A stretch of DNA of 64,000 nt from a virus. This document shows, in pieces, positions 37,201-48,700 of the stretch; within the stretch, counting starts at the first letter, position 1, and each line of letters opens with the position of its first letter. The notes below the pieces were generated by a model. The model was not told the DNA's origin. It did no database searches and saw nothing but the letters and a program-made list of their open reading frames with translations. The position numbers were made by a program, and so were the translations under genes. Location: positions 32,001 through 96,000 of the IMG/VR virus record IMGVR_UViG_3300029319_000012; one strand, given 5' to 3'.

Positions 37201-39337
37201 TGCAAAGCAAAAGCTACCTGAAGTCGTTAATAGCGATGACATGATTAAGATTTTAAACAAACAAGACGATGTAGTTTTTACAAGAGAAACAACTTATGTC
37301 CAGCATATTATATCAATTGAAAAAAGCATGTATCAGGTTATTTCTGATGAAATGATTCGCCGCTTTGCAACGATTGTTGACTTTAACAACTTGATTGGCG
37401 AGCCAGTTAATCGCTATAGACCAAATTACAAAAGACTAGAAAAGCTTCGAGATTTATTTTTTGAAGACATCGAGAACGACCCAGATCTAGAAAAGTTTTT
37501 AGAATATTATAAATGGATAGATGATGCAGTTACTGTGATGATAGCAAAGCTTCTGCCGGCTTCATCAAATGTTCCAGACATGCTTAGAAACATGGTTGAG
37601 AGCCATGTGCTTGAGCGCAGCAAATATCACTTTAAGTTTCCGACTTTAGAAGAAAAAACTATTGAGCCAATGAGTTCTTTGAAGAATCATTTAACTAATC
37701 CATCTTCAAAGTTAACGTCATACTCTAAAGACACCTTATCTAACAGAAATAACTTGTCTGACGCAGCTTTGATAATAAGTAAGATTGGTTATGATGGTGC
37801 TCGTCCTCACCCTCCAGAGTCTCCAATTCCTCAAAATAAAGGAGCAAATTGGTGGAAGTATAAAGCCGAGAGAAGCTTGGCGGATATAACATCAGGCGAT
37901 GCTGATGTTGACAATAATAGAGAAACTATCAGACAAAGAATAAGCAGGGTTGTATCTGGCTCAACAGCCACGTTAACACAGAAAGACGGCACCAGGTACG
38001 CCGCCTCTACACAGTACAACGATGCTTCGACACCATTTTTAAACTACAGTGCGCAAAAAACAAACACACTAAAAGGTGGCTCGAATCCCGTTGAGAAAAA
38101 TAAATATGATTATTATAAAGGTGTTATACGATGGAACGACAGCAATAGAGGCATTGATTTAGATTTTTCCAGTCAGAAGACATTTGTTGATTTTAATTTT
38201 GCTGCTATTCCAGACCAACTGGAAGAGAAGAAAGTATTTTTAAATACTGAAGTCCGAACTTCTTTAATTACTCCTTTTGCTCTCCACTCTTCATCTGTTA
38301 ACACTGGCTACCAAGGTTCATTCTCCAGTCACATTGGAGTTGATTTTACTGCTTTACATGAAGATAAGTATGGAAATGAATCTGAAAGACCAATGCAGGG
38401 TCCATTTACAGAGCTGCATGTTGGCGGTGCACAACATCGCCATATAAAATTAAATCAAGGATCAGATAGCAGCACTAGCAGAGCTGAGGGGTGGTTCTTA
38501 AAAAGAGAGACAAATACTTCTTACAAGCTCATCCATCCCGCTGCTAGCGATACATCACTTCCATATGCAACAATGACCAGGGATCAGCTTGCTAAGCGAC
38601 CGGTTAATATTAGAAACATTCATATGACTGGAAATACTCCAACAATTGCAGGAAATTTTCTTAATAGATATGAGTATGTTAGTACGGTAAGTCCTGAGGC
38701 TAACGATCCATTTTTTGTTAAAAATGTAGATAGTTTAAACTCACATGTGCCAGAAATGTATAAGAGCATAATGTACGAAGATTTAATAGGCACACAGCCT
38801 GGGTTTAACAGAGCAACATACGGCTACAGGCAGTTTAGATTGTTAGATCGATCCTATATAGCTGGGACAACCAAAAATAAAACAAGAATTAGATCTAAAT
38901 TTAGTTCGCCAGGAGATATAGAAACAACCTCTAGAGGGTTCTTAGATCCAGCACACGAAACGTTTGCTGTTGGCAGCACAGTTAATTTTAGAAATTCATC
39001 AGCTAGAACAATCTTTAACACGCAGATGCAGGCTCACCAAGGTCAGTTTGGCGTAAGCACGCATGGAGCTGGCTCTACATCGGCGCGTGTCTTTGGGTTG
39101 TCAATGCGCGAGAAGCTTGGCAGTGTTAATAAAATTAATTATATTGTTGGCGTCGACGGCGCAGCAAAACACAAAATTCATAGAAACAACATTGAGAGAT
39201 TAGAGCTATCCGGCTCTGCTTCTGATATAAGCTCTATGGCTGCAGTCACTGCATCATCTTTTGACAATGCTTTTGTATCTCATATGATTCCTAGAACAGA
39301 TAATCAAACAAGATGGATAACAGCATCATTAATTTAA
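34217..39337 (+). CDS. Baseplate wedge protein (gp7/P2 gpI-like core) with LamG/concanavalin A-like domains
   Basis: DGNWHHYAVT..LYVDG..FDEFRYW (LamG), a second LamG-like YDNEKWNFA..VRYW, and KTKGTFKSLRNFLRCFG (gpI-like). Confidence 0.65.
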   Translation: MSIKDLFDKGKTFKILRDKSQQDLLEDLESPRFIDAYNDKQQRFIPDTDFTSASNFARFGLAEEYYREAIERIYTTYPYDGSLAERTEWENQSGYLDLFIFENEYPRTNGFVNINPTTSSYTGAGTNNVHNSTAPEWIYVKGGPHADPNSDFKSDFSAGPDGVGVSKANIYHTGSRRTNNLELDFTKGVTTEFWMKKDGFHASTAAVEVIFSNQVINSHLNTSYYSVQVKNDAQTKINLAAVSGTKGSSTTALFTLDSGLTTIADGNWHHYAVTAKTKNSQTEANLYVDGVHTDRQVDSDALGAVTGTMVAGIAALPAAIDSNYGAGWGNIISASFDEFRYWKVERNAQEIGRNWRTQVNGGTNTDNSKYDDRLNTVDLGVYFKFNEGIVGNSTTDSTVLDYSGRISNGSFNNYSTSHSRETGSAIVLSGLEATEFRDPIIYSSHPDVASLLASKVASGSLHDTQNFNSMYKSLPGWILEEDEKSSLQLKNLTQILSSYFDDLYLQIEKLPTLKDINYPYDNSYEKPLPFAQRLLSSRGFEMPELFADASALAKYLERDEKKLFEKKLYEVKNIIYQNIYNNLIHLQKTKGTFKSLRNFLRCFGVDEDLIKINLYAKDDVYELKENTSNISIKKKYADFDDSETRLAAQNNTTNSYTATVYQYYDPDDSESISYIPALGAPGNQNARISGSFTLEAEVIFPKLSTRETAANQEISLFGLHNVIASNTDLAFISASSGDNASFNIVATKQSNNASDVKFSIKGYDSFLTDLETDSAYVNVYDNEKWNFAFRLRPTKYPVKPHVSGYYEPAASAYTYELYGVNYLAGVQKNEFTINGTMSAADALKFFIRPKRVFVGANRVDFEDALIRQSDVKVSSVRYWFDYIPNETIKAHAKDASNFGTTNPFEGATSLVTGSIFQPQTETLGFHWTYENVTGSNASGQFLVKDISSGSAEVRAKRAYGTLSAFTGYKYTGRGSHFVSDVGYRNQAVDVEFIPSAKQKLPEVVNSDDMIKILNKQDDVVFTRETTYVQHIISIEKSMYQVISDEMIRRFATIVDFNNLIGEPVNRYRPNYKRLEKLRDLFFEDIENDPDLEKFLEYYKWIDDAVTVMIAKLLPASSNVPDMLRNMVESHVLERSKYHFKFPTLEEKTIEPMSSLKNHLTNPSSKLTSYSKDTLSNRNNLSDAALIISKIGYDGARPHPPESPIPQNKGANWWKYKAERSLADITSGDADVDNNRETIRQRISRVVSGSTATLTQKDGTRYAASTQYNDASTPFLNYSAQKTNTLKGGSNPVEKNKYDYYKGVIRWNDSNRGIDLDFSSQKTFVDFNFAAIPDQLEEKKVFLNTEVRTSLITPFALHSSSVNTGYQGSFSSHIGVDFTALHEDKYGNESERPMQGPFTELHVGGAQHRHIKLNQGSDSSTSRAEGWFLKRETNTSYKLIHPAASDTSLPYATMTRDQLAKRPVNIRNIHMTGNTPTIAGNFLNRYEYVSTVSPEANDPFFVKNVDSLNSHVPEMYKSIMYEDLIGTQPGFNRATYGYRQFRLLDRSYIAGTTKNKTRIRSKFSSPGDIETTSRGFLDPAHETFAVGSTVNFRNSSARTIFNTQMQAHQGQFGVSTHGAGSTSARVFGLSMREKLGSVNKINYIVGVDGAAKHKIHRNNIERLELSGSASDISSMAAVTASSFDNAFVSHMIPRTDNQTRWITASLI

Positions 39338-39344
39338 TATATAA

Positions 39345-39354
39345 TCTAATTATA
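39345..39354 (+). promoter_or_regulatory. Candidate late promoter motif TCTAATTATA
   Basis: Intergenic, followed by GAGGT SD and ATG 39375. Confidence 0.5.
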
Positions 39355-39374
39355 TGAGTAGGTTGAGGTAAGAA

Positions 39375-42300
39375 ATGGCTATAAGTGGATCTTTAAATTT
39401 TATAACTTCAAGTAAATTTGCCATAATATCTGACGGAGGTTCGCCAACATTTGGTGATGATGAGTCGGCAGAAAATGGCTTGGATGGAGTTTTATATAAT
39501 TTTGACTTTGTTGGCTTAAATGTTGGTATTAATGAGCCTATCAGTTCCTCTGCAAATACTTTAGGGTACCCTGCTGACGTTGATGTCGCGGAGTATATTA
39601 ACAATAAAAAGCCTGGAGGCACATATTTAGTTGAAGAGTTAACTAGCGATCATCGTGCCAAAGTTTTAAATCCGCTTTTGCACCACCGTAATGGACCTTA
39701 TCAGCATCCATCCTGGAAGCAAATAAGAGGCGGGAATCACCCAATTGCGCGCCTTCACAGATCACAAAACACAATGTCAATTGATTTTAGCCAGCCAAGA
39801 AAGAAGGTTGTTAGTTATGATTTTGATGAAAACTATCCACAGCCACCTGAGGCTCTTAACCACGTATTGATTGTTAGTAGATCTAATGGTAAAACACATC
39901 CTAGTTTAAGACACTTTTATGAACCAGCGGTTATTTCACACCACAAGCCCATGAGTTATCGCATCGGCGCTGTGACTTTTAGACAGCCCGTACACAATGA
40001 AATAAGTTATTTTTCTAATCAGATTCTAAACGAAAAGCTTGATGTGTCAGACGGAGATATTAATACAACTTCGTCTTATAAAGATAAAGAAATTTATTAT
40101 AGAACACTTCATATTGCTAAAGCAATTGGCGCAACTAACTTTTTATACTCTCAAACAATCTTTCCAAGAGGAATCAATACTTATAGAAAATTTAAGCTAT
40201 TGAAGCCAAACTATGAAGAGGTCGCAGGCACCGGACCAAATGGATATGACCGTGCGCTTAATAGAAGCTTTTGGTCTGATACAGCAGACGGAAGACTTCG
40301 AACTGCTTTTCAGGCTTTAAACTCTCAAGAAACAAGGCAGGATAATACAATTAGTAATTTGTATTCTGCAATTAATTTTAGTGATGGCTATGGCGCTTCA
40401 CCTCAAGCCAGCAGAACTGGCTCAGGAGATCCTGCTAGTGGTTTTGATTTTGGTGTTGAGTTTGTACCATATCACTATACTTTAAATGTTGCAGTTAGCG
40501 GAAACTCTTCGACTGATCGTCCAAACAACCACAAGATTGCTTTTACACATAATGGAATTGTTGCTAATCAAATTAATACAATGTCGGGTACTTTAAATGA
40601 ATTTGGCGAGCCAGCTGATGGTCGTGCACCTTTTGCGATTTTGGATGCTTACCAGCCTTATCCAATATCTCTTTTAAGTAAATGGCCATTAGAGGTTCGT
40701 GCAGACATATATGATAAGCCTCATTATCTCACATCAACTTTTGGTGGAAACGGGCTGATGATTGGTTTGACGCCTAATTCTCTTTCAGCTAGTTTAGCAG
40801 GTTTAGGTAGCTCAAGCTACGCTGCAAGAATTACTGCTACTTTTGGTATGGTCACTAGATCTGCCGGAGAGTTAGTTTATAGCACAAAGCCTACTATTTT
40901 CTTTAGACAGGTACCTGGAACGACAATTGATTTTTCTGATAAAACTAATCGATTTTTTGCGGCTGGTGGAGTTGGAGATTCATATAAGAATCCCACTAAT
41001 TCTCTTGATGCTACTTACGCTCATCCTTATCCTTTTGGAACCTATGGCGGCTTTAAGACAAATACAAAGATATTGGGATATTCACACGCCACAGCATCAT
41101 TGCAATACCATAGGCATGTTTATCCTTATAACACGCCTTTTTGGTCGACTCATAAAATTATTGGTAGAAATCCAATGTATAATTCGTATGAGGCTTTTAT
41201 TGGCTCTGAATTAGACACAGTTTTTAAAGAATATTCAATATTGCCAGAATTTAGATTTGGAGACCATCTTGAGTATTATGACAAATTAATTCAAGAATAT
41301 GAAAAGTTTCCAGGACCAGTTTTTGAAGCTATTAAACATGAGGTGCAAGATGATAAGCTTAAGCTGGCAAGAGCTGCAAAAGCAGATCTATTTGGCTTGT
41401 TTAGCCAGAAAGAGATTTTTAAGTATCACAAATTAAACTTCTTGAAACTTGATGGTGCAGACCATACTGCCAGCTCGGACTTACAATCGCTAAAAGACTT
41501 AGATCCAAGCACAGTAAACTATGAATATGATGAGCTGGTTGGTGCTGTTGCCGAGCCAACATTAGATCCCTCTGTACCATCAGCTTTATCCAACGTTCAA
41601 GCTTATAAACGATCACAAGAGGCAGTTAATTTTTATTCAAAATATTCACACACAGATAGATTAATTAATTTTTCAAACTTAATGGCTCAAAATAAAAGTC
41701 TATTTACAAACGATGATACAACAATACCATCAAAAATCACGTTTAAATGTAAAGCCGTTAAAAAACTTTTGCCTTATGATGGGTTTTATCCTGTTACAAG
41801 AACAGTACAGATAGGTAATTATCTTAAGCAAGCTTTTGGTTCTGATGCTATTCTGTCTTCTCAGCAAGTTTCAGCCTCTGGAAAAACTAGTATTCTAACA
41901 ACTGATGAGAAACTACAAGGGCTACTGGAACACCTGATGGCTCCTGGTGTATTTTATAATTCAATTAAATCTGGAATTGCAGTTGATTATCCAGTTATTC
42001 AAACAGATCTTAATAGGAATAGAGCCAATACTGGCCGCGGCGGCGAAGGACTTATCAACACCAATGTTTTTCATTATATCCCAACAGATACCGTTGATGA
42101 TCCAAATGTTTTAATACAACTTGTGGGTTCAAATTCGCTAACTAGTTCATACGGATATGGAGGATTTCAATCTGTTGGTGCTGCACCGGTTTTACCAGCA
42201 ATATTAAAAAAGAATGCGTTCAGCGCTGGTCTGCAGTCAAGTAACCCCACCGACCGGGATTTTAATATTGGTAATTTTTCATCTAGATTGCCTTTTGAGT

Positions 42301-44732
42301 ATCTTCGCAGCGTTTCATCCATTAAAGAGTTTTTTAAAAAAGGAGATGGAGAGTTTGCTAAAATAACTCACATGTTTGAAGATTATATTGATTTAGTACG
42401 AAACGATGAGACTCAAGGCACATCGCCGAACATGTTTTCTTCTTCAGCTCGTGGTCAGGGATGGAATTTTTTCATTGAAAACCCAACTTCACCAAAAGCA
42501 CAGAATTTTGGTCAAGTTGCATATGAAAATTCTGTACAGAATTATCTAGCCGAATCAATGCATTTCTTCTTGGATGACATTCAGCCAAATGTTAAAATGC
42601 CAATATTGTTTTCTAATTTAATGGAAGATGATATTAACTTAGATATTGATAAGCGTTATCATGCCGGAATTACTTTGCAAATGGGCAAAGACCAGGTAAT
42701 GTGTGAAGGTCCTAGAAATGCCGGCATGCATATCTCTTCATCTCAAGAGTTTGGCGAACGTGATTCAACTTTAAATTATAGAATTACTGAACAGTCTGAT
42801 CCATATTATATTAGTCGACAGCCATCTTTGCGCGGCTACTTGTACGGTGGTCCTTGTGAGATCGTTGATGCTGGTGCAAGCTTTGTAACTGCTGTTTCAT
42901 CTTCTGGTAAAGTTGCTAGCAGGTTCAGCTTAGTTAAAACTGACCCTGAAGGCTACTATGCATACAACCTGCAAGATCCTGCGTATCAAGCATTTACACC
43001 GCCGTATTTTTATGGCAAGAGTAGTTTAATATTTAATTTTGAACCTGAATCTAGTGTTACAGACTTATCTTCAATTTTTGCTTCTTGCCAAAGCACTTCA
43101 GGTTCTATTTTTGAAGAGCTGTATGATTTAGAAAACGGACTGGCTAAATCAGTGCCGACAACTAGCTCATTATCTAAAAAATCTGCAAATAGGATGAAGA
43201 TTGATGCTAGTGTTGATATTTTTAACCCGCTGGTGCAATTCACAAACTTAACAAGCGGGCAAAAGCAAAAAGTTTGGTATATTACACCAAAATGGATTTG
43301 CCCTGTGCTTGATTTTTCGTCTTCATTTGCAGCAGTTGAAGAAGTTAAGTATACAAACAATCCAACTTTAGTTTCAAAAGAAAAAGTACGTAAGTTTAAG
43401 CTTGTAGAGAACATTTATCATGACGATACCACCGGAAAGTCAATGTGGGGTGGCTATGGAACTGATCCTTATGACTTTGCAGCAATGGATGAGATTTATG
43501 CTAGAGAGGGTAAAACTGCCACTGAATTTGAAAAAGGCATATACTTGTCTGTTGATGAAACTTTACAACAACAAAAAAATACCGTTTCTCTTGATGTTGA
43601 TTTAAGATCTGATTTATCAACAGCAAGGTCTTCTTTTATGGATAGACAACAATCTGCAACCGATTTTACAACTGGCTCGATGCTGTCAGATTTAAGCATA
43701 TTTGATACTCAAAGAGTGCCGATTGGAAAAATGGCTCAAAGTAAAGAAATACATGAAGCTATAGCTATTATTCCTTACTTTGAAAGACCGCTGAGTTTTG
43801 GTCTTTCAGCAAAAGCATCACAAACAAAACTGCCAGAATTGGGCGGCGAGATTTATGAAACTAGAGAGATAATCCCTGGCAAGCACTTCTTGCCTATTAA
43901 CAAAGGAGTATTTGAAAATATTCTAAGTGTTATGTTGACACATATTTTATATGATCCAGGTGATCCAAAGTATGGACAATTTTTTGGCTCTACATTAACT
44001 GATTACACTGATGCAAAGGCAACTGATTGCGGCAGAATGATATCCGCTCTGCTTGGAGATCCAATTAGAAACAGCAAACCCGCATACCAATTGCCTCCAG
44101 AATTTGATTTTATAAATAATGCTGCAGTTGATCCCTTTCAGATTATGATCATGCCATTCTCTCACAAGCTTTCAAAGCAAGATTTAGTTAATATATATCA
44201 AGGCATTATGCCTGATATATCCATACGTTTGCAAAAAGTTATTGAAGAAGTGAGCGTTCGACCTACAGCTGGCATGGGCAATCCAAATTTATACCCCCCT
44301 GTTGATTTAGGTCCTGGACTACAAAACGTTAGCCTTGCTTCGTTTGGATTAGCTAACTTCTTGTCGCCAGCGGCTTTAAATGCCAGCAAGGGTCCTTTTG
44401 GTCAGCTTGTTGCTGATTCAAAAAAAATTATGGAGCTGCCGAATTGGACGTCAAAAGATTTTTACAAAAACTTAAAATTTATGACATTTAAAATAAAACA
44501 AAAATCTATAAAAAATTATGATAGATACAAAAATAGACAAGTATCTTTAGGATTGCAAGCTAAGTTTTTAGATTCCAATATTAATTCTTTTGAGCTAGAC
44601 ATGTCTTCAGATCACAAAAAATATTTATATCAAATATTTAGAGATGAGGTGTACGGAACAAATTGGCCATATGATAATTTTTCATTAATTGAAGCGATTA
44701 AAATGGATATAGAAATTGGAGTTGATAAGTAG
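39375..44732 (+). CDS. Large putative virion structural protein (1785 aa)
   Basis: Long ORF within the baseplate module; no recognisable catalytic motif. Confidence 0.55.
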   Translation: MAISGSLNFITSSKFAIISDGGSPTFGDDESAENGLDGVLYNFDFVGLNVGINEPISSSANTLGYPADVDVAEYINNKKPGGTYLVEELTSDHRAKVLNPLLHHRNGPYQHPSWKQIRGGNHPIARLHRSQNTMSIDFSQPRKKVVSYDFDENYPQPPEALNHVLIVSRSNGKTHPSLRHFYEPAVISHHKPMSYRIGAVTFRQPVHNEISYFSNQILNEKLDVSDGDINTTSSYKDKEIYYRTLHIAKAIGATNFLYSQTIFPRGINTYRKFKLLKPNYEEVAGTGPNGYDRALNRSFWSDTADGRLRTAFQALNSQETRQDNTISNLYSAINFSDGYGASPQASRTGSGDPASGFDFGVEFVPYHYTLNVAVSGNSSTDRPNNHKIAFTHNGIVANQINTMSGTLNEFGEPADGRAPFAILDAYQPYPISLLSKWPLEVRADIYDKPHYLTSTFGGNGLMIGLTPNSLSASLAGLGSSSYAARITATFGMVTRSAGELVYSTKPTIFFRQVPGTTIDFSDKTNRFFAAGGVGDSYKNPTNSLDATYAHPYPFGTYGGFKTNTKILGYSHATASLQYHRHVYPYNTPFWSTHKIIGRNPMYNSYEAFIGSELDTVFKEYSILPEFRFGDHLEYYDKLIQEYEKFPGPVFEAIKHEVQDDKLKLARAAKADLFGLFSQKEIFKYHKLNFLKLDGADHTASSDLQSLKDLDPSTVNYEYDELVGAVAEPTLDPSVPSALSNVQAYKRSQEAVNFYSKYSHTDRLINFSNLMAQNKSLFTNDDTTIPSKITFKCKAVKKLLPYDGFYPVTRTVQIGNYLKQAFGSDAILSSQQVSASGKTSILTTDEKLQGLLEHLMAPGVFYNSIKSGIAVDYPVIQTDLNRNRANTGRGGEGLINTNVFHYIPTDTVDDPNVLIQLVGSNSLTSSYGYGGFQSVGAAPVLPAILKKNAFSAGLQSSNPTDRDFNIGNFSSRLPFEYLRSVSSIKEFFKKGDGEFAKITHMFEDYIDLVRNDETQGTSPNMFSSSARGQGWNFFIENPTSPKAQNFGQVAYENSVQNYLAESMHFFLDDIQPNVKMPILFSNLMEDDINLDIDKRYHAGITLQMGKDQVMCEGPRNAGMHISSSQEFGERDSTLNYRITEQSDPYYISRQPSLRGYLYGGPCEIVDAGASFVTAVSSSGKVASRFSLVKTDPEGYYAYNLQDPAYQAFTPPYFYGKSSLIFNFEPESSVTDLSSIFASCQSTSGSIFEELYDLENGLAKSVPTTSSLSKKSANRMKIDASVDIFNPLVQFTNLTSGQKQKVWYITPKWICPVLDFSSSFAAVEEVKYTNNPTLVSKEKVRKFKLVENIYHDDTTGKSMWGGYGTDPYDFAAMDEIYAREGKTATEFEKGIYLSVDETLQQQKNTVSLDVDLRSDLSTARSSFMDRQQSATDFTTGSMLSDLSIFDTQRVPIGKMAQSKEIHEAIAIIPYFERPLSFGLSAKASQTKLPELGGEIYETREIIPGKHFLPINKGVFENILSVMLTHILYDPGDPKYGQFFGSTLTDYTDAKATDCGRMISALLGDPIRNSKPAYQLPPEFDFINNAAVDPFQIMIMPFSHKLSKQDLVNIYQGIMPDISIRLQKVIEEVSVRPTAGMGNPNLYPPVDLGPGLQNVSLASFGLANFLSPAALNASKGPFGQLVADSKKIMELPNWTSKDFYKNLKFMTFKIKQKSIKNYDRYKNRQVSLGLQAKFLDSNINSFELDMSSDHKKYLYQIFRDEVYGTNWPYDNFSLIEAIKMDIEIGVDK

Positions 44733-45742
44733 TGGAGTTTTTTAATAAAAAGCAAGACGTAATAGAGCTAAAGCTAACTCAGTTTGGTCGGCATCTTTTG
44801 AGTGCCGGTCGGCTTAAGCCAACCTACTATGCTTTTTTTGATGATAATGTGATATATGATTTAAACAAAACAGATGCAAATGTCACTATAAGCGAGCAGC
44901 AAAACACTGCGCAAGAGCGCATAAAGGAAACACAACTAGTAAAATCTCAAGTAAGCTTCTCGTCGCTGCAAAAAGAATATGATGATGCTGGTGATCACTA
45001 CTCAAGTGTAGAAAATGCTTATGATAATTTTCAAAAAAGTGCAGAGAAGAATTATTTGTTGCCGCGCCCGATTGGAACTAGCAAGATGAATTCTAACTTT
45101 TCACCAGCTTGGAATGTAAATTTTTTAAAAGGATTTATTTCCAGCTCGGCTCCTTCTTTGGTATTATCAAGTTCTCATGGTGGAAAAAATGAGCTGAATA
45201 TCCCTCAATTGTTTTCTCATATGCAAGTTGACGTATTTTCTAATGATGCAGATTCTGCTAATGGCAGCTTGCCATCTGATGAGCAGTTGGAAGTTGTTTT
45301 TGATTTAGAAAATTCTGAAGAAATTGTTGATTCAGATAATTTGTTTTTTCTTTTAAAAATTGAAGAGCAAAATAGTGAGTTTCAAAAAAAGAATTTTGAT
45401 ATAGAAATGTTTGAAGTCGAAGAAGAATATACAAACGATGGCATTAAGTTGAATGAAACAATTAGACCGCTTGTTTTTGCGCCTACTACTATTGACAATC
45501 TACAAGCGTTAGAGGCAAAAAACATTTTAGCAGATGAGAATTATGCTGATTATTATTTTGACTTGCTCGTCGATGATGAAATTGATGATGCTGTAATATG
45601 TCAGTATGATCCAATTCGTCAAAAAATGGGTGTGTTTGCTGATGAAAGAGCAAAGACATGTGAAGAGGTTGAAAAAGAAGAGTCAGAGAGAGTATTCGAC
45701 ATTTATGATGACGAATCAGACTTCCCAGGGGAAATTTGCTAA
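44732..45742 (+). CDS. Putative baseplate/tail protein; N-terminus paralogous to 53258
   Basis: IELKLTQFGRHLLSAG..YYAFFDDNVIY aligns with ILDAVLTDTGRLRLAQG..KFALGDDEINY; GTG start overlapping the upstream stop. Confidence 0.55.
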   Translation: MEFFNKKQDVIELKLTQFGRHLLSAGRLKPTYYAFFDDNVIYDLNKTDANVTISEQQNTAQERIKETQLVKSQVSFSSLQKEYDDAGDHYSSVENAYDNFQKSAEKNYLLPRPIGTSKMNSNFSPAWNVNFLKGFISSSAPSLVLSSSHGGKNELNIPQLFSHMQVDVFSNDADSANGSLPSDEQLEVVFDLENSEEIVDSDNLFFLLKIEEQNSEFQKKNFDIEMFEVEEEYTNDGIKLNETIRPLVFAPTTIDNLQALEAKNILADENYADYYFDLLVDDEIDDAVICQYDPIRQKMGVFADERAKTCEEVEKEESERVFDIYDDESDFPGEIC

Positions 45743-48700
45743 TGGCTTACGATGTAAATGAAGGCACAAATTTCTTACCTCACGTATATTGTGAAAAAGT
45801 TATTTTAGAGACCGGTCGCCAAAAGGTTGAAAAAGCCGGCGACGAGGCAATAAAGAAAGAGAACCAGTCGATTGATACAACTTCTTCCAATGATAATATA
45901 ACTGTCACTTTAAAGCTACAGCTTTTAGCTAATGTTAGCACGATAAATAATTGGCTATCAACAGATGCTAGCGCTTTTTTAAAGGATGTTAATTTGTTCG
46001 ATGGACTGTTTGTTCAGGTTGTTCCTGTTTTTGGCTCACAAATAAGGTCGCTTAAAGCAAGCTACTTACCTGCTAATCTTGGTGACAAAGAACCAACAAA
46101 TATATACGTTGCAGGTCGGCAGTTAAATAATGAGGATTGGCTGCCATATGGTGCAGTCGGCGATTCAAAAGCATCTGCTGGAAATTGGTCAAACATAGTA
46201 TTAAGCACGTTAGCAGTTGAGGGTAAAATTCCCACACCAATTAAAGTTTCAACGGCTACCATTTTTGGAGAAGGGCAAGCAGCTAGCTTAAACGACGCTT
46301 TGTTGCAAGGCAAGATAAGAGAAAAAAATATTGATGGTCAAGTTTATTATATTATACCAATGACGTATAGTTTTGTCTTTTCCTCTCAAGTAAAAAATCT
46401 TGGATTTATGTTTTACTCTTTAATTCATACTCCTTATATTGTTGATAAATTCTCAACAGCCGGCGGTTCTCTTAGTGGTAACGCAGCTGGTGTTCGCTTC
46501 GGGTCTATCAATGCCGAAATTGTCCTTGAAAATGGCGTAGCTCCTGAAACCAGGGAAGCGTTTACAACGCCCACTGGGAAATATTGGGAGGGCTCTGTTC
46601 ACCATCATGCGACAGGTATTAATCCAGATCAAAATAACTATCAAGGTGACGGTAGTTTTGGACCTAATAAAGGCTGGATGGCAGGTCAAAGGCACATACC
46701 AGGCGCACAGCAGCCTAAATTACAACTCAATCAAGTTGCAAACTACAAGATTGACGATTTTAGAACAGGAAAAGGTCCTAAGATTATTGACAATGTTTTA
46801 GGAATTCTTCCTGTTACAGAAAATTCATCTACGTTAGCAATCAAAAGAATAGATAGCCTAATAGGCGACTTTCAAAAAGAAACAAAGAAAGACCTTGAAA
46901 GAAAAAATGATGATGAATATTCAAAACTATATTTATCCAGAGACGCATCGGGCGCAGCCAGAGGCTTGTTTTTTATAAATATTTATAATTTTTTACGAAA
47001 CAACTCAGAGCTGTTCAGTTCTCTGCAGGGACCACAAGGCATGATGACTTCAAGTCTAAATGAAATAATTGAAAATTGTAAAATTTTAGAATTAAAAGTA
47101 TACAGAGATAGAGTTGAAGAAAAAAGTATATCTGGTAGAAAACAAAAAATATTTAAAAATGATACTTTCTATGAGCAGTCATCGTCATTAATTGGTGTCT
47201 TGTCTGACATTGAGACTTTTGGAGACCCAACTCAAACAAAACAATTGCATGAAATGTCTTTATCAAATGTTTTCGATGGTCATAGATATTTTGTCTTTGA
47301 GGACAAAGGCACAATTGGATTGACCGCTGGAGCCTATCAGTATAGAATCGAAATTAAGTTTAAAAACGGCACATATGAATTTATGAACACATATATTCAA
47401 CGTTTAGAACTAATCCGCTCTAAATTACAGCAGTACTATCAACTTTCTCTAAGTGGAATACCTATTGATCAAGACAATAAAGTATTTAGAAATTCAATTA
47501 TTTCGAATACGTATAAAGGACAAAGGTTTAAGCAGTATTTCGACGATCAATATGGCACGTTTGTGCCAGAATTTGCCGATACAATACTTGAAGAAGAATT
47601 TTCTGAAAGTAAGTTTCGCTTGGCAGGTGATAGTTTTTATATCTTCGACTCTGCTATTTTTGAACTTTCAAAAACAGGACAATTTTTTGATTTTATTAAG
47701 GACTATAACGATATTGGAAATGTATTACTGTCTATGGTTAGTCCAATTTATGGCTCGCCACAAGGTATTAGCCATGTGATAAAAATTTATGATGCCCTAA
47801 TAGGCAGACTGGAAGCTGTAACACGTATTAAAAAATATAAAAATGGCGGTTCTGATTTAACTTCAAAAACAAACACAGTTACGAACTACCAGGGCGGCTC
47901 TAGCTCTCCTATTTTTAATATAATCGATGATAGCCATGAGTTCGATGATCCATCCTCGCTTTACAAAGTTACACAAAATAACGAAGTTTTCGTTGATTAT
48001 TTAGAAGTTCATCGTAGCCGCTTGCAAACAATAATTCAAGGCTTAAGGTCGGTTACTCCTGAATATTTTAAACAAAGGTGCCAGCTTGATGCGGCAAAGT
48101 TTTCTACTTTTGCTAATAATTCGGAAGGATTTACTAATGTTGATATTGCTCGCTTGGTGCCCGATCAAGCTTTTTATTCTAACGCTGACAACTTCAAATT
48201 GGCTGTTAAGAATAATTTTGCTGGACCTACAATAAAAACGGTATCTGTCTCAAAAGATACGTTAGATAAAACAGCTTATAGCTTTTTATCGCCATCTATT
48301 GTTTTTTATAGAAATAGATCAAATAATAAATTAATGTTTTTTGATTCGTTCAGGTTAAACGCTAACGAGAAATTAAATACATTAGGCGGTAACTTGCTAG
48401 GTGCTAGTTTGCAAGGCGCAGATTATGATTTTTTGCTTTCTCATCTTGTTAACTTTTCATTAGAAAACAAAGAAAACAACGCAACACCCACAGATACGAA
48501 CTTTCATCCTTTTAGTGAATCTTTAGGCTCAATGTCCGCTTTGCTTGGAAAGTTAAATATTACAGCACATTCTGTATCAAATTTTAATGATTTTTATGAC
48601 AAGGAGCCAGGTGCTGTCAATGGGGCTCTAGATGGAGTTTTAAACAGCTTTAAAGACATTTTTCCTTTAAAAGTACAAGATCATTCAGATGGACCGCTCA

